A DNA stretch of 64,000 bases, taken from Flavobacteriales bacterium (lineage in GTDB: Bacteria > Bacteroidota > Bacteroidia > Flavobacteriales_F > PHOS-HE28). The position numbers were made by a program, and so were the translations under genes. Under the pieces are notes generated by a model. The model was given only the letters and a program-made list of their open reading frames with translations. It did no database searches and had not been told where the DNA came from. This document shows, one piece after another, positions 18,156 through 27,835 of the stretch (the first letter of the stretch is position 1; each line of letters starts with the position of its first letter). The DNA lies in the NCBI GenBank assembly GCA_016787995.1, contig JAEUTB010000111.1, positions 14,775 to 78,774 on the forward strand. Direction: 5' to 3'.

Positions 18156-20090
18156 CTACGCGCCTGTGGAACTACGGTGGACAAAGTACATCTCCAGCTC
18201 ACCTTTTCCTTTCGCCTGCACCTTGCCGCGGGGAGTGAAGGTGAACGATGCATCGTTCTTTACCAGGACGTAGGTGGCTTCGCTGATATTGACTTGTCCT
18301 ACCTCACCGCTGCTTTCCATCCGGCTGGCAGTGTTCACCGTATCGCCCCAGATGTCGTACTGGAATTTCTTCACCCCTACGATGCCGGCGACCACAGGGC
18401 CAGTGTGGATGCCGATACGGATCTCGAAGTAGGGCTGCCCGGCCGCTTGCTTTTGGGCCTTGCCTACTGCGATGAATTCGCGCATCTCCAGTGCGGCCAT
18501 GAGTACATCCATGGCGTGTGTGCTGTTGGGCGTGGGCAAACCCCCTGCGGCCATGTAGGCATCCCCGATGGTCTTTATCTTCTCGATGCCATACTTCTCC
18601 GTGATGCGATCGAACGCGCTGAAGCATTCGTTAAGGTCCTTCACTAGTTGTGAGGGTGTAACGACCTCACTCATGGCGGTGAAGCCCTTGAAATCGGTGA
18701 AGAGCACGGTGACCTGATCGATCTGAACGGCCTCCGCTTCGCCCTTCGCTTTCAATTCCTCTGCGACCTCTTCCGGCAGGATGTTCAGCAGGAGCTCCTC
18801 GCTGCGGGCCTTCTCTTTGCCTATGCGGTTGCGTTGTGCCAGGAACACACCGGCGAAGAGCGCCACCAGTACGAATCCTCCGACAAAGCCGTTGCGCACC
18901 AGCTTCTGTCGGCGGACCTCTACTTCATGGGCGGCCTTTGCCACGGCCTCCTTCTTCTCGAAGTCGTATTGCATCTGTAGCTGCACGGCCTTGCGCGTGT
19001 TCGCCTCGTTTTGGATGCTATCGCGGTAGTCGACGTACTTGGTGAAGTGTACCAGCGCCGAGTCAGCATTCCCTTCCTTCATCGCCACATCGTAGAGACC
19101 GGCATGCGCATTGGTGATCCATTGCTTCGCACCGATGGGACGGGAGAGCGAAAGGCCACGGCGCAGGTGGTCCTTCGCCTCCTCGTACCGTTCGAGATGC
19201 GTGAGGATCTCGCCCGTGTTGATATTCGCCGCAGCAAGGCTGAAGGGGTCATCGAGCTCCTCGAAAAAGGCGATCACCTCCCTGTTCATGGCCAGCGCCT
19301 TCTCGAAGTCCTCGTTCCTCTGGTAGTGGTTGGCGATGGCACCTTTACAAATGGCTACGCCCATCGGGTTATCCAGCGCACGCGCGATCGCCAGGGCGCG
19401 CTCCAAATGCGTCAGGGCCTCATCGCCTTTGCCGTGGGCATCGAGCGTATTGCCCAAGTTATTGCTCGCCTGAGCGATACCGAGGCTGTCGTTCAATTCC
19501 TCATATGTATGCAGCGCCTCCTTCTGCCAACGTTCCGCCTCATCGGCATTCTCCATCTGGTCGTGGATGTTCCCTATGGTGGACTTGATGGCCGCCCCCG
19601 CCCTGCGATCGCCCATCTGCTCCACCAGCCGCAGCTGCGCCAACGAATGCTCCAGGGCCACGGGGAAATCCGATGATTGTTGAGCGCAGTAGCTTAGGCT
19701 CTGATGGAGCTTGATCAGCTGGTCTTTGCGGCCCAAGTGGTCCCATGCATCCAGCGAACGCTGGAAGTGGACCCGCGCAACCCCATATTCCTCCCGCTGC
19801 AGATGGCCATGGCCTAAGTTCTTGAGCGCTTCGGCCCGTCCCGGCCCAAAGTCGATGGTTTCGGCCAGCTTCAGCGCCCGGGTGGCTACGACGATGGTGC
19901 TGTCCGGTCGGTCAGCTGCTTCGATCGCGGCTAGCTCGTTCAGGAGCCGCACGGTGGTCGTATCGTGCTGTGGACGCTTTAGCAGAGCACGAAGGGAATC
20001 GGGATCGGCCTGGCCAAGGACCGCAGTGGAGAACGTCGCAAGAGCGAATTGGGTTAGGAGATGACCTAGTTGCATTTTCCTCGGGTTCAT
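18156..20090 (-). CDS. TPR-repeat / transmembrane / class III adenylate-guanylate cyclase (paralogue 1)
   Basis: The layout is an N-terminal signal, a TPR-like helical repeat region, a TM helix (FVGGFVLVALFAGVFLA) and a cyclase domain. Cyclase motifs are FTDFKGFT, IKTIGDAYMAAGG and YDIWGDTVNTASRMES. The start is ambiguous between 20075, 20090 and 20114. Confidence 0.85.
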   Translation of the reverse strand: MNPRKMQLGHLLTQFALATFSTAVLGQADPDSLRALLKRPQHDTTTVRLLNELAAIEAADRPDSTIVVATRALKLAETIDFGPGRAEALKNLGHGHLQREEYGVARVHFQRSLDAWDHLGRKDQLIKLHQSLSYCAQQSSDFPVALEHSLAQLRLVEQMGDRRAGAAIKSTIGNIHDQMENADEAERWQKEALHTYEELNDSLGIAQASNNLGNTLDAHGKGDEALTHLERALAIARALDNPMGVAICKGAIANHYQRNEDFEKALAMNREVIAFFEELDDPFSLAAANINTGEILTHLERYEEAKDHLRRGLSLSRPIGAKQWITNAHAGLYDVAMKEGNADSALVHFTKYVDYRDSIQNEANTRKAVQLQMQYDFEKKEAVAKAAHEVEVRRQKLVRNGFVGGFVLVALFAGVFLAQRNRIGKEKARSEELLLNILPEEVAEELKAKGEAEAVQIDQVTVLFTDFKGFTAMSEVVTPSQLVKDLNECFSAFDRITEKYGIEKIKTIGDAYMAAGGLPTPNSTHAMDVLMAALEMREFIAVGKAQKQAAGQPYFEIRIGIHTGPVVAGIVGVKKFQYDIWGDTVNTASRMESSGEVGQVNISEATYVLVKNDASFTFTPRGKVQAKGKGELEMYFVHRSSTGA

Positions 20091-20138
20091 GAGTTCGTAA
20101 CGAAGGACCTCCACAGCTCCCTCTCTCCTGCCACAGCC

Positions 20139-22136
20139 TCAGGCGACGGCGGACCTCCCGTCCACAAAATACATGTCCAGCTCTCCTTTGCCCTTCGCCT
20201 GCACCTTGCCGCGTGGGGTGAATGTGAGCCCCGGCACATCCTTCACCAGCGCGTAGCTGGCTTCGCTGATATTGACCTGTCCCACCTCACCGCTGCTCTC
20301 CATCCGGCTGGCTGTGTTCACCGTATCGCCCCAAATGTCGTACTGGAACTTCTTCACCCCTACGATGCCGGCCACCACCGGGCCGGTGTGGATGCCCACG
20401 CGCATCTCGAAGAAAGGCTTGCCTGCTGCTTCCCGCTCGGCCTTGTGGTGTTGCATGAAGTCCTGCATCTCCAGCGCCGCGCGGATCACATCGGCCGGTG
20501 GACCGTGCTGCGGATCGGGCAGTCCACCGGCCGCCATGTAAGCGTCGCCGATGGTCTTGATCTTTTCGATGCGGTACTTCGCCATGATCCCGTCGAAGGC
20601 CTTGAAGCAGGTATTCAGTTCCGCGACGAGTTCAGCGGGCGTCACCTTCTCGCTCAATTGCGTGAAGCCTTTGAAATCCGTGAACAGGATGGTGGCGGTG
20701 TCGAAGTGTTTCGCTTCCGCAGCGCCCGTTGCCTTCAGTTCATCCGCCACCTCTTCGGGCAGGATGTTCAGCAGGAGCTCATCGCTGCGCTTGCGCGCCG
20801 CGTTGATCTTATTGCGTTGCCGCCATACCACCCCGAGGAACAACAACGCGAAGGCGAGACCGCCCGCGATGGCATTGCGTACCAGCCGCTGGCGCTGGTC
20901 CTTCTTCTCCTGCTCGGCTCTCGCGGCGGCCTGCTTCTTCTCGAATTCATAGGTCATGGCCGTTTCCGTGAGCTTCTTGTCGCGCTCGGCGTTGAAGAGC
21001 GTATCGCTCCAGGCTTTGTAGAGCTTGTGGTGCTCCAAGGCGCTACGATGATCACCCTGCGCGCGCTCCACCTCGCTGAGCGCGCTGTAGGCGTTCATCA
21101 AGTTCGGCGTGTCCTCGTTGAACAGGAAGGTGGTGATAGCACTATCGAGCAGGGCATGGGCTTCGGCGAGGGCCGACTGGGTGGCTCCATGGAAGAAGCG
21201 CTCCAGGTAGGCGCGGTCGAGGCTGTCCACCGCTTCGCGGTTGAGCGAGGCTATGCGCTCCTGCACGATGGCCACGTCGTTCGTTTGGTCCTCCGCCATG
21301 TAGCCGAGCCGGGCCCGTTCGAAATGCGCGCGAGCGCCGATGCGGTCCCCGGCTAGCTGTGCCACATTGCCCAAACCGAGTTCGGCGTTGGATAGTGCAT
21401 AGGTCATATGCCCGGCCTCGGCCAATTCCTTCAACTCGGTGAAGGTGATCCGCGCAGCGTCCGGCTGGCCCATGTCCAAGTGGACCTGCCCGAGGTTGGT
21501 GAGCGCAATGCTTCGGTCCACCGGCGTGATCGCTGACTTGAGATCGACGAGCAAGCGACGGTAGTTGCTGGCGGCATCCTCCAGTTTGCCCTGTAGGGCA
21601 TAGACCATGGCGATGTTGGAGAGGCAGGAGGCCTGGAACGAACGGTCACCGTTGCGGTCCGCCCAAGCCAGCACCTCGAAGAACGCGCGCAGGCCCTGCT
21701 CGAGATCGTCCATGCTCACCATACCGTTCGCCATGTTCATGCGCAACGCGTAGATCCCGGTGGAATCGGCCAGGGCCAAGCGTATGGCCATGCTTTGCTG
21801 CCAATGATCCATGGCGACAGGCGCGCGGCCCAGGTAGTAGTTGGCAGTGCCCAACTGCTCGAGGCCCAGGCCCTGTGCACGGGTGTTGCCCAAGTCGCGC
21901 GCGAGCTCCGTGAGTTCGGTGTAGAGCGCGATGGCCTTGTCCAGATCGCCACGCTCCAAGAAGATGGTGCCAGCGCGGTGCAGGGAGCGCAGACGGTTGC
22001 TGTCCGGCGGCGCGGTCTCCAGCACGTTCAATATCGAATCCACATCGGGCTGGGCACTTGCCGTGAAGGCCACCCACGTGAGCAGGGCAGACACGAACAA
22101 GGCGCGGGTAGTGGATAACATGGTTCCAAATTGCAC
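20139..22136 (-). CDS. TPR-repeat / transmembrane / class III adenylate-guanylate cyclase (paralogue 2)
   Basis: Same architecture as paralogue 1. The cyclase domain is nearly identical (FTDFKGFT, IKTIGDAYMAAGG, YDIWGDTVNTASRMES). Confidence 0.85.
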   Translation of the reverse strand: MQFGTMLSTTRALFVSALLTWVAFTASAQPDVDSILNVLETAPPDSNRLRSLHRAGTIFLERGDLDKAIALYTELTELARDLGNTRAQGLGLEQLGTANYYLGRAPVAMDHWQQSMAIRLALADSTGIYALRMNMANGMVSMDDLEQGLRAFFEVLAWADRNGDRSFQASCLSNIAMVYALQGKLEDAASNYRRLLVDLKSAITPVDRSIALTNLGQVHLDMGQPDAARITFTELKELAEAGHMTYALSNAELGLGNVAQLAGDRIGARAHFERARLGYMAEDQTNDVAIVQERIASLNREAVDSLDRAYLERFFHGATQSALAEAHALLDSAITTFLFNEDTPNLMNAYSALSEVERAQGDHRSALEHHKLYKAWSDTLFNAERDKKLTETAMTYEFEKKQAAARAEQEKKDQRQRLVRNAIAGGLAFALLFLGVVWRQRNKINAARKRSDELLLNILPEEVADELKATGAAEAKHFDTATILFTDFKGFTQLSEKVTPAELVAELNTCFKAFDGIMAKYRIEKIKTIGDAYMAAGGLPDPQHGPPADVIRAALEMQDFMQHHKAEREAAGKPFFEMRVGIHTGPVVAGIVGVKKFQYDIWGDTVNTASRMESSGEVGQVNISEASYALVKDVPGLTFTPRGKVQAKGKGELDMYFVDGRSAVA

Positions 22137-22289
22137 AAAGCAGCGCGCAATATCAATTCTTACATCGGAGTGCCTCCATAGCCGTCACAACAGGTCGATC
22201 CCTCCGCCTTATACTGATGGTGGCCGGGCGTTGGTCGAAGATCACCAACGCATCTTCATTGCTTCAGCGAACGAGATCCATCTCCCCTC

Positions 22290-24248
22290 TCACCCGCCAT
22301 AGCCTCCGGCGACTGTTGGCATCCTTTCAACAAAATACATCTCCAGCTCGCCTTTCCCCTTCGCCTGCACCTTGCCGCGTGGGGTGAACGTGAACCCCGG
22401 CACGTCCTTCACCAGCGCGTAGGTGGCCTCGCTGATGTTCACCTGTCCCACTTCACCGCTGCTCTCCATGCGGCTCGCGGTGTTCACGGTGTCGCCCCAG
22501 ATGTCGTACTGGAACTTCTTCACGCCCACGATGCCGGCGACGACCGGACCGGTGTGGATGCCTACGCGCATCTCGAAGAACGGTAAACACTTGGCACTCC
22601 GCTCTGCTTTTCGGTGGGCGATGAAGGTTTGCATGTCCAAGGCAGCGAGCACCGTTTTCTGCGCGGAGTCTTCGCTGGGTACCGGCAGACCGCCCGCGGC
22701 CATGTAAGCATCACCGATCGTCTTGATCTTCTCGATGCCATACCTGGCCATAATGCCATCGAAGGCCTTGAAGCACGTATTCAGCTCCGCGACCAGGTCA
22801 GCAGGTGACACGTTCTCGCTCATCTGGGTGAAGCCCTTGAAGTCGGTGAAGAGGATCGTGGCGCTATCGAAATGCTTGGCTTCCGCGTATCCTTTCTCCT
22901 TCAGCTCCTCGGCCACTTCCGTAGGCAGGATGTTAAGCAGGAGCTCATCGCTGCGTTGGAGTGCCTTCATCGTGCGCTGGCGCTGCTTGAACACCACTAC
23001 CCCGAAGACGAGCAGACCCAGCCCAGCGAACAGGACGATATTGCGCCGGGTGCGCTCACGAGCCACACGCGCTTCACCGCGTTCGATCTCCTGCTTCATC
23101 CGCAGGGCGTTGGAGAGACTATCCGCCCTCATCTCCGCTTCGAATTCCAACTGGGCCGTCTCCTCCACCGCCTGCATGCCCGCCACACTATCCTTCAAGA
23201 CGACCCACCGTTCCGTCATCCGTAAGGCGTCTGCCAGTCGTCCTTGGCGACCATAAAGATCCTTCAGGGCCTTGGTCGCCGCCATCTCGAAGCGGACCTG
23301 TCCAGTGGTGCTCAGTTCACCGATGGCCTGCAACAAGGCCGACTCCGCCTCGCGCAGACGACCATCGCGAATGAGCAGCTCGCCCAACAAGGTGCGCTCG
23401 CGGCCCAACCAGTTATCCACCCCTGCGATCTTCGATGTTTCGATGGCCCGTTCGATGGTCGCGATACCCTCCCGCACGCTGTCAAGTCTGGCGTAGTGCT
23501 CTGCCAACGTCCAGTGCATCAGCGCGAAGGGCATGTCCACCGGATCGCCGACCTGTTCGGCGATGGATCTCTTCAACCAACGCATCGCCTCATCCTGTTC
23601 GCCACGTGCATTCAGCAGATACGCGATGTTCCATTTGAAGATCCCGCGATCGTAAGGGGTCTTGGAAAAGCGACCACCCAGCATGATCAAGCTGTCGACC
23701 GGCGCTTGGTCCGGTTCCTTGATGGCGATGGTCAACCGTGCAAGCAGCACGGATGCCGTGTCGTTAAGAGCAAGCGCGAACGGGAGCATCTCCCGCGCGA
23801 ATTGCACCATGCGGGCGGTGTCGCCCATCAGTTCGTAGAAACGCTGGAGGCGTGCGTAGTGGTGCAACGTTTCACGGGCCGTGGGATCTTCCGTGATCCG
23901 CCACGCTTCCATGTACGCCCTGAGCGCACCGCTGAAATCCGACGTGTAGGCCTCTTGAGAACCGAGTGCATACAAGTAGCGAGCGCGCAGGCGTGTGCCC
24001 TTGCGCAGCACTGCGGGTTCTGTGGACCGCTCGAGTTCTCCGAACACGCGGAAGAGACTGTCGCGGTAGCGATCGGCCATGGCGCCCTCGTGTGCCGTCC
24101 ATTCATACAGCGTCACGAGCAACTCCGCTCTAATGGTGTCGTGCGCGGCACGGTCGAGCTCCCGCTCCATGGAGTCCAGCATGGCCCGGCTCTGGGCGCT
24201 CGTTGATACGGTGGCCAGGCTGATCAGCCAGAACAGAAGTATCCTCAT
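22290..24248 (-). CDS. TPR-repeat / transmembrane / class III adenylate-guanylate cyclase (paralogue 3)
   Basis: Internal start MRILLFWLISLATVSTSAQ, with the same architecture and cyclase motifs. Confidence 0.85.
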   Translation of the reverse strand: MRILLFWLISLATVSTSAQSRAMLDSMERELDRAAHDTIRAELLVTLYEWTAHEGAMADRYRDSLFRVFGELERSTEPAVLRKGTRLRARYLYALGSQEAYTSDFSGALRAYMEAWRITEDPTARETLHHYARLQRFYELMGDTARMVQFAREMLPFALALNDTASVLLARLTIAIKEPDQAPVDSLIMLGGRFSKTPYDRGIFKWNIAYLLNARGEQDEAMRWLKRSIAEQVGDPVDMPFALMHWTLAEHYARLDSVREGIATIERAIETSKIAGVDNWLGRERTLLGELLIRDGRLREAESALLQAIGELSTTGQVRFEMAATKALKDLYGRQGRLADALRMTERWVVLKDSVAGMQAVEETAQLEFEAEMRADSLSNALRMKQEIERGEARVARERTRRNIVLFAGLGLLVFGVVVFKQRQRTMKALQRSDELLLNILPTEVAEELKEKGYAEAKHFDSATILFTDFKGFTQMSENVSPADLVAELNTCFKAFDGIMARYGIEKIKTIGDAYMAAGGLPVPSEDSAQKTVLAALDMQTFIAHRKAERSAKCLPFFEMRVGIHTGPVVAGIVGVKKFQYDIWGDTVNTASRMESSGEVGQVNISEATYALVKDVPGFTFTPRGKVQAKGKGELEMYFVERMPTVAGGYGG

Positions 24249-24438
24249 GTGGATGTGCTTGGCTCGCTCAGGCGTATCGAACCTAACGAAAACCCCGCTT
24301 TTGAGCTTGGAATAAGCCCAGAGACGTGATCGCTGCTCAGAGGTGTCCGAAAGGACCAGGACCCTCACCTGAGGGAACGAACGAATTCGTCAAACCGCAT
24401 CGCTACCGACAAGCCCCGTTCCACCCCACCTTTGCTAC

Positions 24439-26898
24439 ATGGTCATCCGTCCACTCCTCTCCCTGCTCCTTGCCTCGACCGCCAAAGCCTTGCATAGCTC
24501 GCCCCAGCGCAGCGAAGGAGAGGCGAAGGCATGGCACTTTGCATTCCCCCTGCGCCTGCCCTTGCGCCTGCTCCTGCCCCTGGCATTCCCCTTGCCCCTG
24601 CCCCTGGCATTCCCCTTGCCCCTGCCCCTGCGCCTGCCCCTGGTATTCCCCCTGCTCCTGCTCCTGCACCTGACCCTACCCCTGCTCCTCACCCTTCCCG
24701 CCGCCGCTCAGACCTGGGAACTCGTCACCCCCGTGAAGACCCTCAGCGACCTGGCCGCCGTACACCAGCGTAGTCCCTTTGAGGCCGTAACCATCGACCG
24801 CACCCTGGGCCATGTGCTCAAGACCACCGACGCCGGCGACAGCTGGGTGCGCATGCCGTACAACATGATCGACAAACCCCGCGCACTGGTGATGTTCGAC
24901 GACGAGCGCGGCATCATCGGCGCCGACCTTAGCCGCTTCTACCGCACCACCGACAACTGGAACAGCTACACCACGGTGAACCTCTTCGGCTTCGGCAATG
25001 CGGCGTGCCTCAGCTTCGTGGACGACCAGCTCGGCTGGGCCGCCAGCGAGAACGGCAAGATCGCGCACACCACCGACGGCGGCGCCACCTGGACCCTACA
25101 GACCAGCGGCACCACCAATGCCATGGTGGCCTTGCACTTCGTGAACGAGCAGCTCGGTTTCGCGGCCGCCACCGGTGCTCTGTTGTTGCGCACCAACGAC
25201 GGCGGCACCACGTGGACACCCATCACCGCACCCATCAACTTCAACCTGCGCCGCTTCCACTTCTTCGATGCGCAGAACGGCATCGCCGTAGGCCTCGGCG
25301 GCCAGCTCCTGCGCACCACCGATGCGGGCCTCACCTGGACCGACCAAGCCAGCCCCACCACCAACAGCCTGCTCAACCTCTTCGTGCGCGGCGACCTTCT
25401 GATGGCCGTGGGCAACAGCGGCACCGTGATCCGCAGCACCGACGGCGGCGACACCTGGAGCGCGCAGACGCTGGAACCCAACCAGGACCTCTACAGCGTA
25501 TCCATCGACCCCAGCGGCATCGGCCTGATCACCGGCGAAGCGCGCGTGTACCGCACCACCGACAACGGCGCCACGTGGGCACCCGTGCAGATCGGCACCT
25601 ACCACAGCCGCCTGAACAAGGTGAGCTTCGGCACCGACCAGCTCGGTGCAGCCGCGGGCTGGCTGAACCAGGGCGGATATGAGAACGGCGTGATCCGCAC
25701 CACCGACGGCGGCCGCCACTGGAGCAACGTGACCGGCGGCACGGCGCAATGGCTCGGCGTACACCTGCGGCCCAACGGCGTGGGCTGGATCGGCGGCGGA
25801 CAAGGCGTTAACCGCAGCACCACCGACCACTTCGCCACCACCGCCAACCACCCCGGCCCCAGCGTGGCCGTGCGCTGCGTATGGGCCCTCAGCGCCACCA
25901 CCGCCGTCATGGGCGGCGGCTACATCAACGGTGGCGTCTACCGCACCACAAACGGCGGCAGCACCTGGCAACAGGTCCTCAACGGCGGCGACATCTACGA
26001 CATCTGGTTCATCAACGACACCCTCGGTTTCTGTGGCGGCGCTGGCGGCAGCATCGCACGCACCACCGATGGCGGCGCCACCTGGACCTGGATCGATACG
26101 CCCAGCAACTCCGACATCAACAGCATCTTCTTCCTCAACGATACCCTCGGCTGGTTCGCCGGCAACGGCGGCGCCCGCACCACCGACGGCGGCGCCACCT
26201 GGACGCTCCTGAACGAATTGCCGCAGTTCACCATGAGCGTTTTCTTCACCGACCCCGACACCGGCTACGCGGTGAACGTGAGCGGCTACGTGCTGCGCAC
26301 CACCAACGGCGGCGACAACTGGGACGAGATCGTGCCCGCTCCCTTCGACGTCAGCATCGGCGACGCCACCCTGGTGGACGGCACCATCGTGGCCGTAGGC
26401 GACCAGGGCGATGTGTTCCGCGCCACGCTGGCCTGCCCACCTGCGCCGCCGATGCCCACGGTGCTCCAGAGCGGCAACACCTTGTGCACCGCCTACCGCC
26501 CGCAGATCCAATGGTACCTCAACGGCGATCCCCTGCCCGATGCCACGTGGCCCTGCCTCACCACCAGCGCCACCGGCAGCTACACCGTGGTGGTGACCGA
26601 CGCGCTCGGCTGCACCAGTGCGCCCTCCGCACCGATACAAGTGATCAGCACGGCGGTGGAAGAGCACCCCTCACCCACCTTCACCCTCTACCCCAACCCC
26701 ACCTCCGCCGACCTCACCGTGCGTTTCGCCACCGATGGCCACCACCACCTCGAGCTCTGCGATGCACAAGGCCGTGTGTTGCGCACGTTGTCCACCCAAG
26801 GCACACAGACCGTGCTCGACCTGCAGGCATTGCCGACAGGGCTGTTCGTGGTGCGCGAGGTGGGGCGTGGTGCGGGGGTAAGGGTGGTGCGGGAGTGA
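24439..26898 (+). CDS. BNR/Asp-box (Ycf48- or sortilin-like) beta-propeller repeat protein with T9SS CTD
   Basis: There are at least 10 copies of the (S/T)xDxGxTW Asp-box (TTDGGATWT, TNDGGTTWT, STDGGDTWS...). The C-terminal type-A CTD reads LYPNPTSADLTVRF...LPTGLFVVRE. The N-terminus contains an unusual Pro-Leu repeat. Confidence 0.8.
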   Translation: MVIRPLLSLLLASTAKALHSSPQRSEGEAKAWHFAFPLRLPLRLLLPLAFPLPLPLAFPLPLPLRLPLVFPLLLLLHLTLPLLLTLPAAAQTWELVTPVKTLSDLAAVHQRSPFEAVTIDRTLGHVLKTTDAGDSWVRMPYNMIDKPRALVMFDDERGIIGADLSRFYRTTDNWNSYTTVNLFGFGNAACLSFVDDQLGWAASENGKIAHTTDGGATWTLQTSGTTNAMVALHFVNEQLGFAAATGALLLRTNDGGTTWTPITAPINFNLRRFHFFDAQNGIAVGLGGQLLRTTDAGLTWTDQASPTTNSLLNLFVRGDLLMAVGNSGTVIRSTDGGDTWSAQTLEPNQDLYSVSIDPSGIGLITGEARVYRTTDNGATWAPVQIGTYHSRLNKVSFGTDQLGAAAGWLNQGGYENGVIRTTDGGRHWSNVTGGTAQWLGVHLRPNGVGWIGGGQGVNRSTTDHFATTANHPGPSVAVRCVWALSATTAVMGGGYINGGVYRTTNGGSTWQQVLNGGDIYDIWFINDTLGFCGGAGGSIARTTDGGATWTWIDTPSNSDINSIFFLNDTLGWFAGNGGARTTDGGATWTLLNELPQFTMSVFFTDPDTGYAVNVSGYVLRTTNGGDNWDEIVPAPFDVSIGDATLVDGTIVAVGDQGDVFRATLACPPAPPMPTVLQSGNTLCTAYRPQIQWYLNGDPLPDATWPCLTTSATGSYTVVVTDALGCTSAPSAPIQVISTAVEEHPSPTFTLYPNPTSADLTVRFATDGHHHLELCDAQGRVLRTLSTQGTQTVLDLQALPTGLFVVREVGRGAGVRVVRE
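24541..24700 (+). repeat. Pro-Leu-coding hexamer / 24-nt tandem repeat inside the N-terminus of the BNR protein
   Basis: The unit cccctggcattccccttgcccctg is repeated at 24577-24600 and 24601-24624. A degenerate third copy lies at 24637-24660. The whole tract is CC(C/T)(C/T)TG-periodic. Confidence 0.85.
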
Positions 26899-26948
26899 AA
26901 AGCCGCCCGCGGCGGCCGTGGGCACTTATACAACGTGCATAAGCCCCA

Positions 26949-27458
26949 TTACACCTTCAACGGACCTTCCACGCCCCCATCATCACCTGGGGTCTTGCCC
27001 ACCAGGGCCAGCAGGATCTTCACGCCCGCTACGAGGTTGCCGTCCTTCGTGTCCCAGTAGTAGCTCTCGTCCGGCGTCACCTGTAGCAGGCGCAGGTCGG
27101 GGTCGTCCGCGCCCTCGGGCACCCAGGCCTTGGCCAGGGGGCTGAAGATCTCCTTCATCCGCGCCCGGTCGTTGCTCACGGTGGTGTGGCCATGTACCGC
27201 CAAGTACTCCTGCTTGCCGGGGTTGGCGAAGTAGAGGCTGATGCGCGGATCGCGGGTGAGCTCCTCGAACTTCTCGCTCGTGCGTAAGGTGAGGAACCAG
27301 AACACGCCCCGCTCATCCACCTCCGCCACCGCCATGGGCCGGCTGTGCGGCGGTCGCTCTTCCGTGGCCGTCACCATCATACAGATGGACTGGTGCTTCA
27401 CGATCTCCTGCAATTGGGCGATCGCCTCGCGACCACCGAGTTCCTTGTAGTTGCCCAT
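26949..27458 (-). CDS. pyridoxamine 5'-phosphate oxidase-family protein (general stress protein 26-like)
   Basis: Internal start MGNYKELGGREAIAQLQEIVKHQSICMMVT...RPM....DERGVFWFLT...YLAVHG is typical of the GSP26/PNPOx-like split barrel. Confidence 0.8.
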   Translation of the reverse strand: MGNYKELGGREAIAQLQEIVKHQSICMMVTATEERPPHSRPMAVAEVDERGVFWFLTLRTSEKFEELTRDPRISLYFANPGKQEYLAVHGHTTVSNDRARMKEIFSPLAKAWVPEGADDPDLRLLQVTPDESYYWDTKDGNLVAGVKILLALVGKTPGDDGGVEGPLKV

Positions 27459-27835
27459 GGCTGTGTTGTTGTGCAGGGGACAACACAAGGGGCATGCCCG
27501 GTGGAAATGCGCACGACGCAGGCTTGTTCCGTGGAAGAGCTTGCCCGATCGGCGGGCTACGCGACTTTCTGCGGGGGATCGGATGCCCAGGGGGGGCAGC
27601 ACTTGGACGGCGATATCTTGGCGTTCGGCTAGACTATGCGCAGCCACCAACTTGCCGTGCATTGGTTACCAGCAGCATTGAGCGTAGAGGGGCACTTCAT
27701 GGTTACACACGGCGACGAACACTACCGTATACCGCTCTGCCGCGCCACATACACTGCAGCTACCGATGTGGAGGGGGTTAGCAGTTCGCAAAAGTTGCGT
27801 CAAGGACCATTTCAAAACGAAAAGTTCACTGACGG

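Noticed and set aside
18156-24248. The three nucleotide cyclases as signal generators (CBASS- or Pycsar-like) for the patatin lipase in the island
   Set aside because: They are class III cyclases with periplasmic TPR sensor halves. They lie in GC-rich core-like DNA and are separated from the island by two unrelated genes and from the lipase by >19 kb. They are not CD-NTases and show no operon linkage.
24403-24692. Minus-strand Q/G/E-rich ORFs (88 and 85 aa)
   Set aside because: They are antisense translations of the Pro-Leu hexamer repeat within the BNR protein gene. They are a repeat artefact.
27459-27835. Island left junction searched for a tRNA, att repeat or integrase remnant; the same search was made at the right junction, 51924-51984
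   Set aside because: I saw no tRNA-like T-arm or acceptor pattern, no convincing direct repeat shared by the two junctions, and no recombinase ORF. There is only a small hairpin (tgtgttgt...acaacaca) in the 5' leader of the PNPOx-family gene.
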